Assembly: GCF_001194135.2 (NCBI RefSeq)
Contig: NC_068984.1
Coordinates: forward strand, 145,041,050-145,105,049
Source of the DNA: Octopus bimaculoides
Taxonomy: Eukaryota
Direction: 5' to 3'
Length of the DNA stretch: 64,000 bases
The position numbers and the translations under genes are program-made. The notes under the pieces were generated by a model. That model worked only from the letters and a program-made list of their open reading frames with translations, was not told where the DNA came from and did no database searches. This document shows, piece after piece, positions 12,301-24,838 of this stretch. How positions within the stretch are numbered: position 1 is the first letter of the stretch; each line of letters begins with the position of its first letter.

Positions 12301-12560
12301 CTTTCACTGGGACAACAAAACATCCAGATAGACGATACAAAGAAAACAAGGACGGGTCATTTTGAGTTTTCTTTCCTCAGTCGAGTTCCAGATTATCTTT
12401 GCAATTTTGGCTGATTATACTTGAGATTGCTCCAATCTGGCCAGCCCCAAGAAAAACTAAGCTAAGAACATCAGATTCCTTGGCAGAAAGCAGTGAATGT
12501 ATACAAAAACATGGACGGAAAAAAACCGACAATGTTACACAAATACAATAAAAATAATAA
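12301..12560 (+). repeat. Dispersed repeat family E, second copy
   Basis: Aligns to the reverse complement of 7480-7780. Confidence 0.55.
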
Positions 12561-12612
12561 TAACAGGACATAACAACACGTGTCTTTCGACGTGTGTGTG
12601 CGTACTCACGCA

Positions 12613-12646
<34 letters not shown>

Positions 12647-12679
12647 CACTCGTGCATTTGTATGTGTGTGTGTGTGTGT

Positions 12680-12905
12680 TTCAGTCTGTATTTGTCCCCT
12701 CCCATTGCTTGACAAATAGTGTTGGTGCATTTATGTCTGTGTAACTTAGTGGTTTAGCAAAACAGATTGATAGAATATGTACCAGGCTTAAAAAAGAACA
12801 AATAATAACAATAAGTCATGGGGTCAACTCGTTTGAGTAAAGTTCTTCAAGGTGGTGCCCCAGCATGGCTGCAGTTTAGTAACTGAGACAAGTAAAATAT
12901 AAAAG
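12680..12905 (+). mobile_element. SINE family B, 3' half
   Basis: ctgtatttgtccc...attgcttgacaa...gatagaat...ccagcatggctgcag...gagacaagtaaaa. Confidence 0.75.
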
Positions 12906-14372
12906 ATAAAACAAAACAAAACAAAAAAAAACGATTCCATTAGTTAATACTAATGACCAAATCATGTTCTGACCGTGTAACACAGCTGCCTCATTGGTCA
13001 CTACAGGTCAGCAATGGAAGTTCTAAATATGTGACCATCACCACATAATATTTCCCTCCTATCATTGATTGTTTCTTAATACTCTTTCAGAAACCACTGA
13101 ACTGTGAGTCTGAAAGGTCAGGAAATAAGTTACCAAAAATAGCCTCATTAATATTTCAATGGAGAATCAGGTTGGCTGGTAGTGGTGGTGGTGGTGGTGG
13201 AGGTAGTGGCAGTGGCGGGGATTTTGTCTTTCTTTTTTATTTTGGTTTGTAGCTTTAGTTTTTTGGATTTGTTTTNNNNNNNNNNNNNNNNNNNNNNNNN
13301 NNNNNNNNNNNNNNNNNNNNNNNNNNNNNNNNNNNNNNNNNNNNNNNNNNNNNNNNNNNNNNNNNNNNNNNNNNNNNNNNNNNNNNNNNNNNNNNNNNNN
13401 NNNNNNNNNNNNNNNNNNNNNNNNNNNNNNNNNNNNNNNNNNNNNNNNNNNNNNNNNNNNNNNNNNNNNNNNNNNNNNNNNNNNNNNNNNNNNNNNNNNN
13501 NNNNNNNNNNNNNNNNNNNNNNNNNNNNNNNNNNNNNNNNNNNNNNNNNNNNNNNNNNNNNNNNNNNNNNNNNNNNNNNNNNNNNNNNNNNNNNNNNNNN
13601 NNNNNNNNNNNNNNNNNNNNNNNNNNNNNNNNNNNNNNNNNNNNNNNNNNNNNNNNNNNNNNNNNNNNNNNNNNNNNNNNNNNNNNNNNNNNNNNNNNNN
13701 NNNNNNNNNNNNNNNNNNNNNNNNNNNNNNNNNNNNNNNNNNNNNNNNNNNNNNNNNNNNNNNNNNNNNNNNNNNNNNNNNNNNNNNNNNNNNNNNNNNN
13801 NNNNNNNNNNNNNNNNNNNNNNNNNNNNNNNNNNNNNNNNNNNNNNNNNNNNNNNNNNNNNNNNNNNNNNNNNNNNNNNNNNNNNNNNNNNNNNNNNNNN
13901 NNNNNNNNNNNNNNNNNNNNNNNNNNNNNNNNNNNNNNNNNNNNNNNNNNNNNNNNNNNNNNNNNNNNNNNNNNNNNNNNNNNNNNNNNNNNNNNNNNNN
14001 NNNNNNNNNNNNNNNNNNNNNNNNNNNNNNNNNNGGAGACAGAAAAAATAAAGTAATCTATTATTATATCTATAGGCGGATATTTTTAGTATGAAGTGGT
14101 AAAGAGTGTGATGTGCTGAAAAAAGAGAGAACAGTACTTGAAGTGTAGTTTCATTCCAGTGGTAAATATCCGTGTAGAAATTCGTGCAAAGTAATCCAAT
14201 ACCCTCCTCAACCTATATATATATATATATATACATACATACACACATCTATTTATCTTCATCTCCTTTTTCTTTCTGTTTCTTTCTCTCTCAGCCTATT
14301 TTGCTTTTTCCACATGCAGATGTGTGTGTGTGTGTGTGTGTGTGTCTGTGCAAGCATGCATGTGTGTATAGA

Positions 14373-14693
14373 AAGTGCATGGTTTAATGACCAAGGTATT
14401 TGGCTTGTGATTGTAAAGTCGTGGGTTCTATACCCAGCTGCAAAATGTGCCCTTCAGCAAGACACTTTATTTCATGTTGTCCCAATCCATTCAGTTGGCA
14501 ATTATGAGTTGTACCTGTATTTCAAAGGGTCAGCCATGTCACACTCTATGTCACACTGAATCTCCCCAACAATCACATTAAGAGTACACTCGTCTGTGGA
14601 GTGCTCAGCCACTTACACATTAATTTTATAAGATGGCTGTTTTGTTAACTGGATTAACTGGAATCCTCATCATCATAACTGACAGAGTAAGGC
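14373..14693 (+). mobile_element. tRNA-derived SINE family D (degenerate)
   Basis: Head plus gacactttatttcatgttgtcccaatccattcagttggcaa...gtacctgtatttcaaagggtcagcc...gtctgtggagtgctcagccact, shared with 39048 and 19778. Confidence 0.7.
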
Positions 14694-15131
14694 CATACAT
14701 ACATACATACATACATGCATACATACATACATACACACATACATACATATATACATATATATATACATACATACCTACCTACATACATACATACATACAT
14801 TTGTCAAGCAATAGGAATGGACAAATACAGATTGGTTCCAGGAAGGAAGGAATATAACATGTGCCAATTCTGTTCTCAGATGATGACAGCAGCCAAGTAG
14901 AAATTATTGTTTATTTTTGAGGTATAAACCCAACAGCTTTTTTACTTTACTTTATTCTGAACTCCAAAAGTTGTAACATAATTCAAATGTCTTTAAATTT
15001 GCAATTTGATATTTTTAATAAATTTATAGCCATAAAAAAAGGAAAGTGGTATAATAAAATTGAGAAGTGGTGGTTGTTTAGTTATGAAATGTGTGGGAGA
15101 TGCTTGACAGAGCAGAGATAGATAGATAGAT

Positions 15132-15228
<97 letters not shown>

Positions 15229-15637
15229 AAGAGAGAGAAAGGGAGAGAAAGAGAGAGAGAGAGAGAAGGAAAGGCCTTGTGCTTTTAGTAGAAAGGATTA
15301 TTTAACAAAGTCCTGAGAATTCCTTATACATTTGGTGAAAGATGGTGTAGTTGTGGCTGAAATTCCGTTTTTATTAATAGGCCTGCATGATTAAGGCCAA
15401 CTTGTGATTGGATGACAAGAACCACAAAAAAACTGCCAGAAAAGCAGTAATAACAACGACAACATTAACACCAATACAAGTATAAGAATAAAATAGACAA
15501 TAACAAAAACGGCAGTAAATTCCGCTTCTAATAAAAGAATGGAATCAATAATGAGAACATCTGTTACCATTATTATAAAGATGTTATATAATAGTAACAA
15601 CAATGACTGTAATAACTACACAGACATTATATTGTCA

Positions 15638-15698
15638 TGGCACTCCGTCGGTTTCAACGATGAGGGTTCCAGTTGATCCGATCAACGGAACAGCCTGT
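15638..15698 (-). mobile_element. 3' terminus of SINE family D
   Basis: Reverse complement of the D tail, caggctgttccgttgatcggatcaactggaaccctcatc...ccgacggagtgcca. Confidence 0.6.
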
Positions 15699-16699
15699 GT
15701 TGACCAGTGATTAGAGACAGTGGACTAAGAAGAGCAAGCTGAAAGATCTCTTGGTCATATGAGACTCAGGTGATGTCTATGACAAAAACAACAAGACGGA
15801 CTTGTAGCAGGAATGGCAGCAAAGTGCCAACCACCAACTCACTACTCAGGAATTGAATCCAAAACCACTGTGTCCAGATGTGGAAGCAATCATAAACATG
15901 AAACAAGAACTTGTCAGGGATTGATGACGTCAGCAAGCAACTAACCATTCAGGTACTTGACAAACACATGAAGAACTTTTTTTTACTTTTAACTCATTAG
16001 AAACCCAGTTATTATAAAAAAACAACAACAAATAAGCAATTTTGGGATAAACAACATATTGGAATGTCATTAACAATTTTGTCTTTGGTACCTTTTCTTT
16101 GACAGACCATTGGGTGTATATATNNNNNNNNNNNNNNNNNNNNNNNNNNNNNNNNNNNNNNNNNNNNNNNNNNNNNNNNNNNNNNNNNNNNNNNNNNNNN
16201 NNNNNNNNNNNNNNNNTATATATATATATATATATGAATTGTTTGTCTGGTAATTAGTAGTTGTAACACAGCCTAACCAAACGTCTGCAGGAACTTACAC
16301 CACTCACTTCAGCTATGGAATTCAATAATTACTATAGTCCACTACCATTGTTAGCATACGCATCTCACAACAACACACACAAACTGACTGCTGTAAATCT
16401 CTTTTATCTATTGTCATTGCAATGACAGCATTTCTTGTTAATGATAAAATAAATATTTTCCTATATGAATCTCACATTGTTTTTTTTTTTGTTCTTCTCT
16501 CAGCCAATCAAATATTCTGTCGTTACAAACTCATAACATAGACAGCAACTTTCTACACAGACAATGTCTTTGGATGGAATCAGGCTCCAGCAGATGGTAA
16601 GTGACATTGTGGTGGAATGGTAGGGTAGATGGAGCCATAAAAGCTTAAGTGACATTCCTGGAAAAGAATAGGAGAAAGAGTGGAAGAGCAATATATGAT

Positions 16700-16830
16700 A
16701 TTAGGCAGGGACCAATTAAAGGATGGCCATGCGATTGAAAGGGTGATTAAGGGCTTGAAGAAAATAACTTGAACCATCAGATGAGGTCCTAAAAGTATCT
16801 GGTGTAGATGGACATAGGCTAGTCATACCA
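16700..16830 (+). mobile_element. Highly decayed RTE ORF fragment (region just before RT)
   Basis: AIERVIKGLK...EVLKVSGVDGHRLV resembles the RTE motif V.KAIK.MK.GKA.GP.G...EMLK.SG..G..LV. Confidence 0.4.
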
Positions 16831-17622
16831 ATATGTGCAGAGTAAAACAGATGAAAATAAAGATGACGAAGATGACAATAGTGGTGGTGGTGATGATAGT
16901 AGTGGTAGCAATGAATATTGAGACCAATCCATCTTGTCTTGATATAAACTACATATAAAGACGTTCTTAGCAGATCCTCTTAACTGCTTTTTGATACCAA
17001 TCTGCTTAAAACCAATTCTGGTGGTGATTCTTTGACATAAAACCTATTTTTTAAAGGTATTTTTATGTAAATTAAATATTGCCATTACCGCATTTCTCTA
17101 TGAAATGCACAATCCATATATTTTAATCAATTTTTGTAAAATAATGAACATTTTCATTAACAAGCTGCTGGTTGTGACATGTCTTAAAAGATTCTCACAT
17201 ACAATTATGACAGAATGTTTTAATTTAAAGATAAACGCTTTCAAACAAGAGATTTTATATCATAGAAGTGGGGTTTCAAGCAGGTTTGCCATAAAAAATT
17301 ATAAAAGAATTTGTTTGAAGTTTTTACATGTGGATTATATGTAAAGAAGAAGGATTAGTTTTGAACCAGCAACAACACCAGCACCACCTCCATCATCATC
17401 ATGACCATCATCAACTTCTTCATCATCATCATCATCACCACCAACACCACCACCAATACCATCATTATCATTTTACATCTCTCCTTGTACAAGTATGGTT
17501 AGCATATATCTGGATACTTTACCAGATACCAGTGACTATAGATAAATTGTTTAAGTTATTTTTTCTTTCTTTCAAACCTTTAGTGGCTCCTCTTCAACTA
17601 TATAGCTGACTATCTTCCATAG

Positions 17623-17932
17623 CAGTGGTTCCCAAAGTGGGTGGTATTGCCCCCTGGGGGTGGTGGAAAGTTCCAAGGTGGCGTTGAAGAAAAATGGGGG
17701 TGATAATAGGGTAACGATTCATGTAAAAAGTGGGGCTGTAATAAGGTAGCGATTCATGTAAAAACAACAAAATAATGGGTTCATTAGGTTAAGTTTTATT
17801 TGTGAAATACTGTTGCTTTGAATTTGTTTCAGAAAGAGGTCTATGTTTGTGATGGTTAGTCGGGGTGGGAGCACTAAGGATGTGGCCTGGGTGTTAAGGG
17901 GGCAGCAGCCCAGGAAAGTTTGGGAACCACTG
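17623..17932. mobile_element. hAT (Charlie-like) MITE
   Basis: 14-bp perfect TIRs CAGTGGTTCCCAAA / TTTGGGAACCACTG. Flanking 8-mers ttccatag / ctttatag are a decayed TSD (5 of 8 match). Confidence 0.85.
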
Positions 17933-18847
17933 CTTTATAGTAATAGTTTTCAATCAGGATCTCTTGAAGATTCTGGGGTATCCCCACAAAAGCAAAATAG
18001 TAAATTGGGGATTTCACAAGAAGTATTTTAAGGGTTAATGAAAAAAAGTCTTGCTTTAAATGTTTGTATTGCAAGAAACAACTAAATTTCTTTCTCTAAC
18101 ATTTTACATAGTTTAACCTACATAAGTTGATGTATGAAAAGCAAAATAGAAATTTTTTAAAGAAGTATCTATAAAACGAGTTTTTAAACATCAAATGGCT
18201 TTGGGGTGGGAGCATCAGAATGAAATGGGAATCAAAGGCATCCGGTGGGGAAAAAGGGCTGAGAAGCACTGCCCTACTGAATGGATCAACTTTGTGTAAT
18301 TCCTTCCTCAATTGCTAATTCTCCTTCGTCAGTAAAACCATGACTATTCCATGCAAACATTTTAGTAGATTCAAACAAACATTTGACCTGATATTTTGTT
18401 GTTAATCTCACCAAATTCTCCATAGAATTTGAGTTTGGCTTTGTCTACAGCCGTCTCTCAGTACGCAGAATCTCTCACATCACACCAACGAAGAAAATAT
18501 CTAATTTTAAATGAAAGTGTATATACGAGTGTTAATAGTAACATCTCTGATCTCTTTCTTGTTCACAATCCTTTCATCCTCTTTTGAAGATTGTTCTTGG
18601 AGAAATTTTTCATGCCAAAATGGAAATAAATGAAAACTGTAGATTTAAGCTTAAGCAACAACCATGAAATCTCCAAGAGACAAAACATTCATTTTGGCAC
18701 GTAATCAAGGAAGTAACTGAAGAACATTGAAGTGATGGTGCTAACAACACACACACACACACGTATACATACATGGTAAGAGAGGAAGAAAGAGAATGAG
18801 AGATAACTACATGCATACATACATGTGTTCACATGTATATGTATGTA

Positions 18848-18907
<60 letters not shown>

Positions 18908-19489
18908 CACATGTATGTATATATGTATGTGTATATGGAATTATTACAAAGTAATTGGGCAATTTATTCAATGGTTTATCGATAGAACCAATAGTGTTTT
19001 CCATTAATCAATAGAAGTATCGGTACTTTTCTGGCCATAAAGTATCAAATATTGATTAAATGCCAAAGTTAGAAAAATATATTCGGAAACTGAAAACTAC
19101 CTTAATATTCCCAGCGTTCTTCAACAATGCAAGTCTACAATCAAAATATTTAAATATTAAAGAAAATAAATAATTTTATTTGAAGAGATTTGGTCAAGAG
19201 ATTTCGATTTTAGTCTTAATTTAACCAAGATTACAATTGACCTATTGTATTGGTTGTTGTTGTTGTTGTTTAGTCTCTGTTAGATGAGATCTGTCATCAA
19301 AGACAGTCCTGCTGTGACCATCTCAAAGATTAACTATATTCTTTATTGTGTCTTTTCTCTTTTAAGATGATGAGGATGTAATTTCCAAGAGATTTTGACT
19401 ACTATTTCTAGCAGGTTGAGTGATTGTCTAGAAGCTCTCACCTTTGTTTGACCTACAGTTTAATCTATGTGATATTCTTGGCTTATCCC

Positions 19490-19645
19490 ATTGTAGTCAG
19501 CTGCAGAGCTCTGCTGAGCTCCTGTGGCTGCTTTGGTATGGGCATCCAGCCTTAGAAGCCATGCTGAAGCTTGCTGTATCCTACCAACCCATTCAACCCA
19601 TGCCAGCATGGAAAACGAATGTTAAATGATGATGATGATGATGGT
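19490..19645 (+). mobile_element. RTE 3' end with (GAT)n tail
   Basis: gggcatccagcc.tagaa...caacccatgccagcatggaaaacgaatgttaaatgatgatgatg. Confidence 0.65.
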
Positions 19646-19777
19646 GGTAGTGGTGGTGGTGGTGATGATGAATATCTTTGGCTCAATATTTTATAGCATT
19701 TACGAAAAGTAATGAATAAATATTCGTTTTGATCTGTTAAATTTTGATTAGTTACTTCATTATAATATTAGTAATGT

Positions 19778-20128
19778 GTTCGTGGAGGTGCAATGGCCCA
19801 GTGATTAGGGCAACGGACTCGTGGTCGTAGGATCGCAGTTTCAATTCCCAGACTGGGTGTTGTGAGTGTTTATTGAGCGAAAACATCTAAAGCTCCACGA
19901 GGCTCCGGCAGGGGATGGTGGCGACCCCCTTCTGTACTCTTTCACCACAACTTTCTTTCACTCTTTCTTCCTGTTTCTGTTGTACCTGTATTTCAAAGGG
20001 ACAGCCTTGTCACACTGTATCACACTGAATCTCCCCAAGAACTACGTTAAGGGTACATGTGTCTGTGGAGTGCTCAGCCACTTGCACATTAATTTCACAA
20101 GCAGGCTGTTCCATTGATCGGATCAACC
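19778..20128 (+). mobile_element. tRNA-derived SINE with family D 3' tail and a different middle
   Basis: A-box-like tggcccagtga and B-box-like gtttcaattcc. The tail gtacctgtatttcaaaggg...gttccattgatcggatcaac is shared with 39048 and 14373. Confidence 0.75.
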
Positions 20129-20131
20129 AGA

Positions 20132-20807
20132 TAGCTTCACCAGGCTCCAATCAGATCTGGCAGAGTTTCTACAGCTGGATGCCCTTCCTAATGCCAACCA
20201 CTCTGAGAGTGTAGTGGGTGCTTTTACGTGCCATCGGCATGAGGCCTAGTCAGGCGGTACTGGCAGACTTTAGTGTCCAATGAAGGAAAAGTGCGCATAA
20301 GTGGGCTGGTTACACCCCTGGCATAGGCCACAGGTTATGGTCTCACTTGGCTTGCCCGGTCTTCTCAAGTACAGCATATTTCCAAAGGTCTCGGTCACTA
20401 GTCATTGCCTTGGTGAGGCCTAATGTTCGAAGGTCGTGCTTCACCACCTCATCTTAGGTCTTCTTGGGTCTACCTCTTCCACAAGTTCCCTCAACCGCTA
20501 GGGTGTGGCACTTTTTCACACAGCTATCCTCATCCATTCGTACCACATGACCATACCAGCACAGTCATCTCTCTTGCATACCACATCTTATGCTTCTTAG
20601 GTCCAACTTTTCTCTCAAGGCACTTACACTCTGTCTAGTATGCACACTGACATTACACATCCAGCGGAGCATACTGGCTTCATTCCTTGCAAGCTTACAC
20701 TTGTCCTCAGCAGTCATGGACCATTCTTCCCTGCCATGTAGCATGGCTGTTCGTACACATGTGTCATACAGTCTACCTTTTACTCTGAGTGAGAGGCCCT
20801 TTGTCAA
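20132..20807 (-). mobile_element. RTE-clade LINE: C-terminal ORF segment plus contiguous 3' UTR
   Basis: LTKGLSLRVKGRLYDTCVRTAMLHGREEWSMTAEDKCKLARNEASMLRWMCNV...ALREKLDLRSIRCGMQER, continuing to a WYGHVVRM-like and GRGRP-like segment, then the family A UTR in the same orientation. Confidence 0.9.
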
Positions 20808-21464
20808 CGATGATGATGATGATGATGAGGAGGAGGATGATGAGGAGGAGGAGGAGGAGGAGGAGGAGNNNNNNNNNNNNNNNNNNNNNNNNNNNNNNNN
20901 NNNNNNNNNNNNNNNNNNNNNNNNNNNNNNNNNNNNNNNNNNNNNNNNNNNNNNNNNNNNNNNNNNNNNNNNNNNNNNNNNNNNNNNNNNNNNNNNNNNN
21001 NNNNNNNNNNNNNNNNNNNNNNNNNNNNNNNNNNNNNNNNNNNNNNNNNNNNNNNNNNNNNNNNNNNNNNNNNNNNNNNNNNNNNNNNNNNNNNNNNNNN
21101 NNNNNNNNNNNNNNNNNNNNNNNNNNNNNNNNNNNNNNNNNNNNNNNNNNNNNNNNNNNNNNNNNNNNNNNNNNNNNNNNNNNNNNNNNNNNNNNNNNNN
21201 NNNNNNNNNNNNNNNNNNNNNNNNNNNNNNNNNNNNNNNNNNNNNNNNNNNNNNNNNNNNNNNNNNNNNNNNNNNNNNNNNNNNNNNNNNNNNNNNNNNN
21301 NNNNNNNNNNNNNNNNNNNNNNNNNNNNNNNNNNNNNNNNNNNNNNNNNNNNNNNNNNNNNNNNNNNNNNNTACAACTGATATCAGAACAGAAATATTAA
21401 CACTGCTGTAGCAAACTTCATAACCGTATTTACCAATGTCAAGGTGGACCATGACACTGGCGAA

Positions 21465-21645
21465 GAATAAATAAAAGTACTAACAAATAAGGAAAAGTAC
21501 CAACAAATAAATAGAAGTACTAACAAATAAATAAAAGTACTAACAAATAAATAGAAGTACTAACAAATAAATAAAAGTACTAACAAATAAATAAAAGTAC
21601 TAATGAAAATAATTAAAAGAACTAATGAAAATAATTACAAGAACT
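21465..21645. repeat. 20-bp AT-rich minisatellite (AAATAAATAAAAGTACTAAC)n
   Basis: About 7-9 diverging units, flanked by a ~70-bp direct repeat (21404-21475 and 21651-21720). Confidence 0.85.
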
Positions 21646-21934
21646 AATATTGCTGTAGCAAATTTCGTTACAGTATTTGCCAAGGTCAAGGTGGACTGTG
21701 ACTTTGCGGAAAAATAAATAAGATTCTTCCATCAGTTTTAGATTCATTTCAGTCAAAAATCGACCATGCTAAAAATGGCAGCTAAAATATCCTCAACAAA
21801 TGGAAAATTTAGCATTTTAAAAAGGAGCATAATGGACAAAAGGGTCAAGAATATTTAGAAGAATATTTCAGAAATAAAGATTTGGGGGTGAGAGGGTGGT
21901 GGGGGCTCACAGTTGCATTGCATATCTCTTATAT

Positions 21935-22130
21935 CCTTTACTTGTTTCAGTCATTGGACTGTGGCCATGCTGGGGCACCGTCTTGGACAGTTTGATTGGC
22001 TAGATTGACACCTGTAATTATTTTTTAAAGTCTGGTACTTGTTCAGCTAGCCTCTTTTGCTGAAACACTAAATTACAGGGATGTAAACAAACTAACCATG
22101 GTTATCAAGTGGGGGTTGAGGACAAACATT
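21935..22130 (-). mobile_element. SINE family B, 3' half (degenerate)
   Basis: cttttacttgtttcagtcattggactgtggccatgctggggcacc...ttttgctgaaacactaaattacaggg. Confidence 0.7.
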
Positions 22131-22368
22131 GACAGATCTGTCAGACAGGACCTTGATGAATGCTATGAGGCAAGAAAGTATACTAGTCCTTATATATTTA
22201 ATACTCTATATTTAATACTCAATATTTCATATATTCAATAAGACATTCAATACTTCATTTCATTTTACTATTTATATTATATATTCCATATTCCATATCC
22301 CACATTAATTTTATAAGAATATAAATAAAACATAAAAAACAGACAGAGTTGGAACTCTTTTAAATAAC

Positions 22369-22405
<37 letters not shown>

Positions 22406-22855
22406 TATATATGCATATATATGCATATATATGTATATATACATACATATATTTATACATTATTCAGTTTTATTTCAAAATTTCCTGCCAATGGAGAAAG
22501 AGCTGGTTTCTGACCAAGATCCGAGGCTCCTTCATTGGAATTTCAACATCAACAACAGGACATTTTGTATGTATGCATGCATGTATGTATGCATGTATGT
22601 ATGTATGGATGTATGTATGTATGTATGTATGTATGTATGTATGTATGTATATATATATATATTTANNNNNNNNNNNNNNNNNNNNNNNNNNNNNNNNNNN
22701 NNNNNNNNNNNNNNNNNNNNNNNNNNNNNNNNNNNNNNNNNNNNNNNNNNNNNNNNNNNNNNNNNNNNNNNNNNNNNNNNNNNNNNNNNNNNNNNNNNNN
22801 NNNNNNNNNNNNNNNNNNNNNNNNNNNNNNNNNNNNNNNNNNNNNNNNNNNNNNN

Positions 22856-22892
<37 letters not shown>

Positions 22893-23410
22893 ACACACAG
22901 AGAATTTTCTCTCAACTTACATGATATATGGTTGGCCTCGGTTGATTTTATAACAATTCTGATTTCTGTCAGTAATTTTTTATTTTTTACTCACAGAGCA
23001 ATACCACTTGATTGGTTTTTATTACACAAGTTTGATAGCGAGGAAGACCACACTCTGAGTCGAAGCGGAAGTGTTTTTATATTAATTGTGCTGAATACTT
23101 TGGAAATTGAATAATTGAGTTTCAGATACGAAGAAAATTGATTTCTCTAGAAATGGAAAATAACATATAAAATCAATTTTGAAAATGGAAAGGGCCTGAG
23201 ACAAACTGTGAAATAGTTTAATATAAATGAAGTAACTGTTGGAAGCATTGAAGGAAACGAAAAGAAAACCAAAGCCTGGATAATCTCTGCATTTTCAATA
23301 ACTTTAAAACATACATCAAATATATGTAATAACAGTATGGAAACAATAGACAAAGCTCTGTCGTTTTGAAGGACAAAACCTAGTATTACAACCATGCCCA
23401 TATATGTGTG

Positions 23411-23444
<34 letters not shown>

Positions 23445-23557
23445 CATGTGTGTGTGTGTGTGTGCATGTATGTATGCACAGACAAATCAATAACAAAAGT
23501 TGAATTCAAATACAAAAGCAATAAATATCCAAGAGATGTTCACTGTGAATATTATAT

Positions 23558-23795
23558 AGGCGCAGGAGTGGCCGTGTGGTAAATAGCTTGCTTAGCAACC
23601 ACATGATCCCGGGTTCAGTCCCACTGTGTGGCACCTTGGGCAAGTGTCTTCTACTATAGCCTCGGGCTGACCAAAGTCTTGTAAGTGGATTTGGTAGATG
23701 GAAACTGAAAGAAGCCCGTTGTATATATGTGTGTGTGTCTGTGTTTGTCCCCCCACCATTGCTTGACAACTGATGTTAGTGTGTTTATGTCCCCA
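23558..23795 (+). mobile_element. SINE family B, 5' half
   Basis: ggcgcaggagtggccgtgtggtaaatagc (A box)...gggttcagtcccactg (B box)...caccttgggcaagtgtcttc. Confidence 0.85.
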
Positions 23796-23799
23796 TGAC

Positions 23800-24769
23800 A
23801 TAGGGACACTCTGATCATTCTGATAAGAAAAGAACTGAATTTGTTGGTGAGATCCAGGCCATGATTGACAATGACCCCTCCGAGTCAATCAGGTCCATTA
23901 CCAGGGACATGGGAGTCTATGAGTTTCTTATCGGGCAGGTAGTGCATGAAGACATTCGGTATTCCTCATAGAAGATGAGGAAGGGCTAATTTTTATCCTA
24001 AGCCTTCAAGGACAAGAGGAAAGACCGTGTTATGAAGCTTTTGAACTCAAGCATCCTCTCCAACCAAACATGCTTTGGTTTTTCTCAGATGAGAAAAATT
24101 TCTGCCAAGATAAGATGGTGAACACACAGAACAACTTTTGGCTTGCCAGGTCTCCAAAACATGTACCGAGAGTGATTAAATCAAACATCCAGTCAACATC
24201 ATGTCTGGAGTGATCACTAGTGATGACAACATTATGTCTCCATTCATCTTCACTCATGGCCTCAGACTCAACATGGAGGCCTACACCAAGTGCCTGGAGG
24301 AGGTAGTGCTGCCCTGGATCAAAAGGGTAGCTACTGGAAGACCCTATGTCTGACAACAGGACTTTGCACCATGCCACAGAAAACTTGCTGTCAGACAATT
24401 TCTGTGACCACACCACCCCTAACATCTGGCCACCTAACTCCCAAGACTGCAACCCACTTGATTATTATATGTGGGGTGCAGATGAATGGAGAGACCAATA
24501 AAACTCCTTGTAACATCGAAGATGAACTGAAGGCAAAGACTATGGCAGCATTCACCAACTTAAACAAGGAGACCATCCAAAAGAGTTGCAGATTCTGAAG
24601 TCGTTTGGAGGCCGTAGATGAAGCCAATGATAATTTTATTGCATAAATTTACTCTTTAGTATTTCAAAATATTTTAATGTAATTTTGGTAAATATATCTG
24701 TTAAAATGAGATGTCACTGTTATTTTCATTTTTGCGTAATTTAGACAACAATTTATTTACCACACCCTG
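23800..24769 (+). pseudogene. Decayed Tc1/mariner-superfamily transposase (DD37D/maT-like) with right TIR
   Basis: HTH region DPSESIRSITRDMGV, then WFFSDEKNF (first D), V*QQDFAPCH (second D) and WPPNSQDCNPLDYYMWG (third D). Several stops and frameshifts. Ends in ...TTTATTTACCACACCCTG followed by TA. Confidence 0.88.
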
Positions 24770-24787
24770 TATTTAAAGAAATATATC

Positions 24788-24838
<51 letters not shown>

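Noticed and set aside
15850-15930. Possible gag zinc knuckle (SRCGSNHKHETRTC)
   Set aside because: Incomplete motif, frameshifted, and no LTR or pol sequence nearby.
21465-21645. Regularly spaced repeats as a possible CRISPR array
   Set aside because: Contiguous tandem units with no unique spacers, in eukaryotic DNA.
22999-23150. Splice-signal-flanked open frames on both strands
   Set aside because: The apparent signals on the two strands derive partly from the same bases (ctcacag / ctgtgag). The peptides are unconvincing, so neither is supportable.
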